A stretch of DNA of 64,000 nt from Candidatus Limnocylindrales bacterium (lineage in GTDB: Bacteria > Verrucomicrobiota > Verrucomicrobiia > Limisphaerales > UBA11358). Shown here piece after piece: positions 63,342 through 64,000 of this stretch. Position numbers and translations under genes: made by a program. Each line of letters starts with the position of its first letter. Positions within the stretch are counted from its first letter, which is position 1. The stretch covers positions 2,202-66,201 of the forward strand of contig DATNHM010000027.1 in NCBI GenBank assembly GCA_035604955.1, given 5' to 3'. The notes under the pieces were generated by a model. The model did not search any database. It worked only from the letters and a program-made list of their open reading frames with translations, and was not told where the DNA came from.

Positions 63342-64000
63342 ATGATTGATTCGGCTCAACGATTTTCCAGCCGGGTGGAAAACTATATCAAATACCGGCC
63401 CGGCTATCCGGCGGCCATTCTGGATTTGCTCAAGGAAAAATGCGGGCTGACTTGCCGTTCCGTCGTGGCGGACATCGGGTCGGGCACGGGCATTTTAACG
63501 GAATTGTTCCTGCGGAACGGCAACCGGGTTTTTGCCGTGGAACCCAACCGCAATATGCGCGAGGCCGCCGAACGGCGGCTGGGGCAATATCCGAACCTCA
63601 CGAGCGTTTCCGGAACCGCCGAAACCAGCACACTGAAGGACCAAAGCGTGGACTTCATAACCGCCAGCCAGGCATTTCACTGGTTTGATCGCAAGCAATC
63701 GCGCCGGGAATTTCTACGCATTCTCAAACCCGGCGGCTGGACGGTGTTGATTTGGAATGAACGGGTCATAGCCAGCCCGTTTGCCAGGGCTTACGAACAT
63801 TTGCTCCGGACTTACGGAACAGATTACGAGGATGTGAACCACAAACATACCGACGCCAAGGTCATTGGACCGTTCTTTGGCACGAACGGTCATGAGCAGG
63901 CAGATTTTCCAAACCGGCAGGTTCTCAATGGGGACGAATTGAAAGGGCGGCTCCTGTCATCGTCCTATGCGCCGGAGCCGGGGCATCCCAGGCACGTTCC
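63342..64000 (+). CDS. class I SAM-dependent methyltransferase, N-terminal part; the gene continues past the right window edge
   Basis: Absent from the ORF track because it is open at the edge. The ATG at 63342 gives MIDSAQRFSSRVENYIKYRPGYP...VADIGSGTGILTE (motif I)...ILKPGGW. Confidence 0.85.
   Translation, partial: MIDSAQRFSSRVENYIKYRPGYPAAILDLLKEKCGLTCRSVVADIGSGTGILTELFLRNGNRVFAVEPNRNMREAAERRLGQYPNLTSVSGTAETSTLKDQSVDFITASQAFHWFDRKQSRREFLRILKPGGWTVLIWNERVIASPFARAYEHLLRTYGTDYEDVNHKHTDAKVIGPFFGTNGHEQADFPNRQVLNGDELKGRLLSSSYAPEPGHPRHV

Noticed and set aside
1-64000. Mobile genetic elements, prophage, defence islands or toxin-antitoxin pairs
   Set aside because: I found no transposase, integrase, recombinase, phage structural gene, restriction-modification gene, cas gene or recognisable TA pair. 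The Uma2 endonuclease-fold gene (40705-41190) is solitary, and its family is common as a housekeeping-like orphan.

Overview
High-GC (about 60% by eye) bacterial chromosomal segment. The gene content and repeat style suggest a PVC-superphylum (Verrucomicrobiota-like) organism, but that is inference only. I support 59 protein-coding genes, two of them cut by the window edges. They include a sulfate-assimilation operon (sulfite reductase, cysH, cysD), rarA plus 5-formyl-THF cyclo-ligase, alaS, pckG and a P1B metal ATPase. Also present are pilT, panB, rfaE-kinase, thiG, a large PQQ-dehydrogenase/diheme-cytochrome fusion and hisA (His6 type). Further genes are the rpsP-KH-trmD-rplS cluster, a GH5 hydrolase, an E1alpha/E1beta/E2 plus macrodomain operon and three hybrid histidine kinases with a REC-Hpt-REC regulator. 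The remainder are dapF-like, pyrK-pyrD, an AI-2E transporter, squalene-hopene cyclase, a C1 peptidase, an HU/IHF protein and hisS. I saw no rRNA, tRNA, CRISPR, transposase, integrase or phage genes. The most unusual content is non-genic. (1) Many spacers are built from tandem degenerate 7-nt units, often as two complementary arrays forming long hairpins. (2) There is a family of double-hairpin palindromic elements with conserved loops and covarying stems. (3) Members of these repeat classes sit in frame inside four housekeeping genes: sulfite reductase, the P-type ATPase, pyrK and hisS. This resembles Rickettsia palindromic elements. (4) Two rRNA-IVS-type genes (GxxExxY and a four-helix-bundle protein) lie inside the cys operon, each bracketed by inverted repeats. 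A DapF homolog has both catalytic cysteines replaced by serine. All calls come from reading the sequence and from remembered family motifs. No database search or folding program was run.
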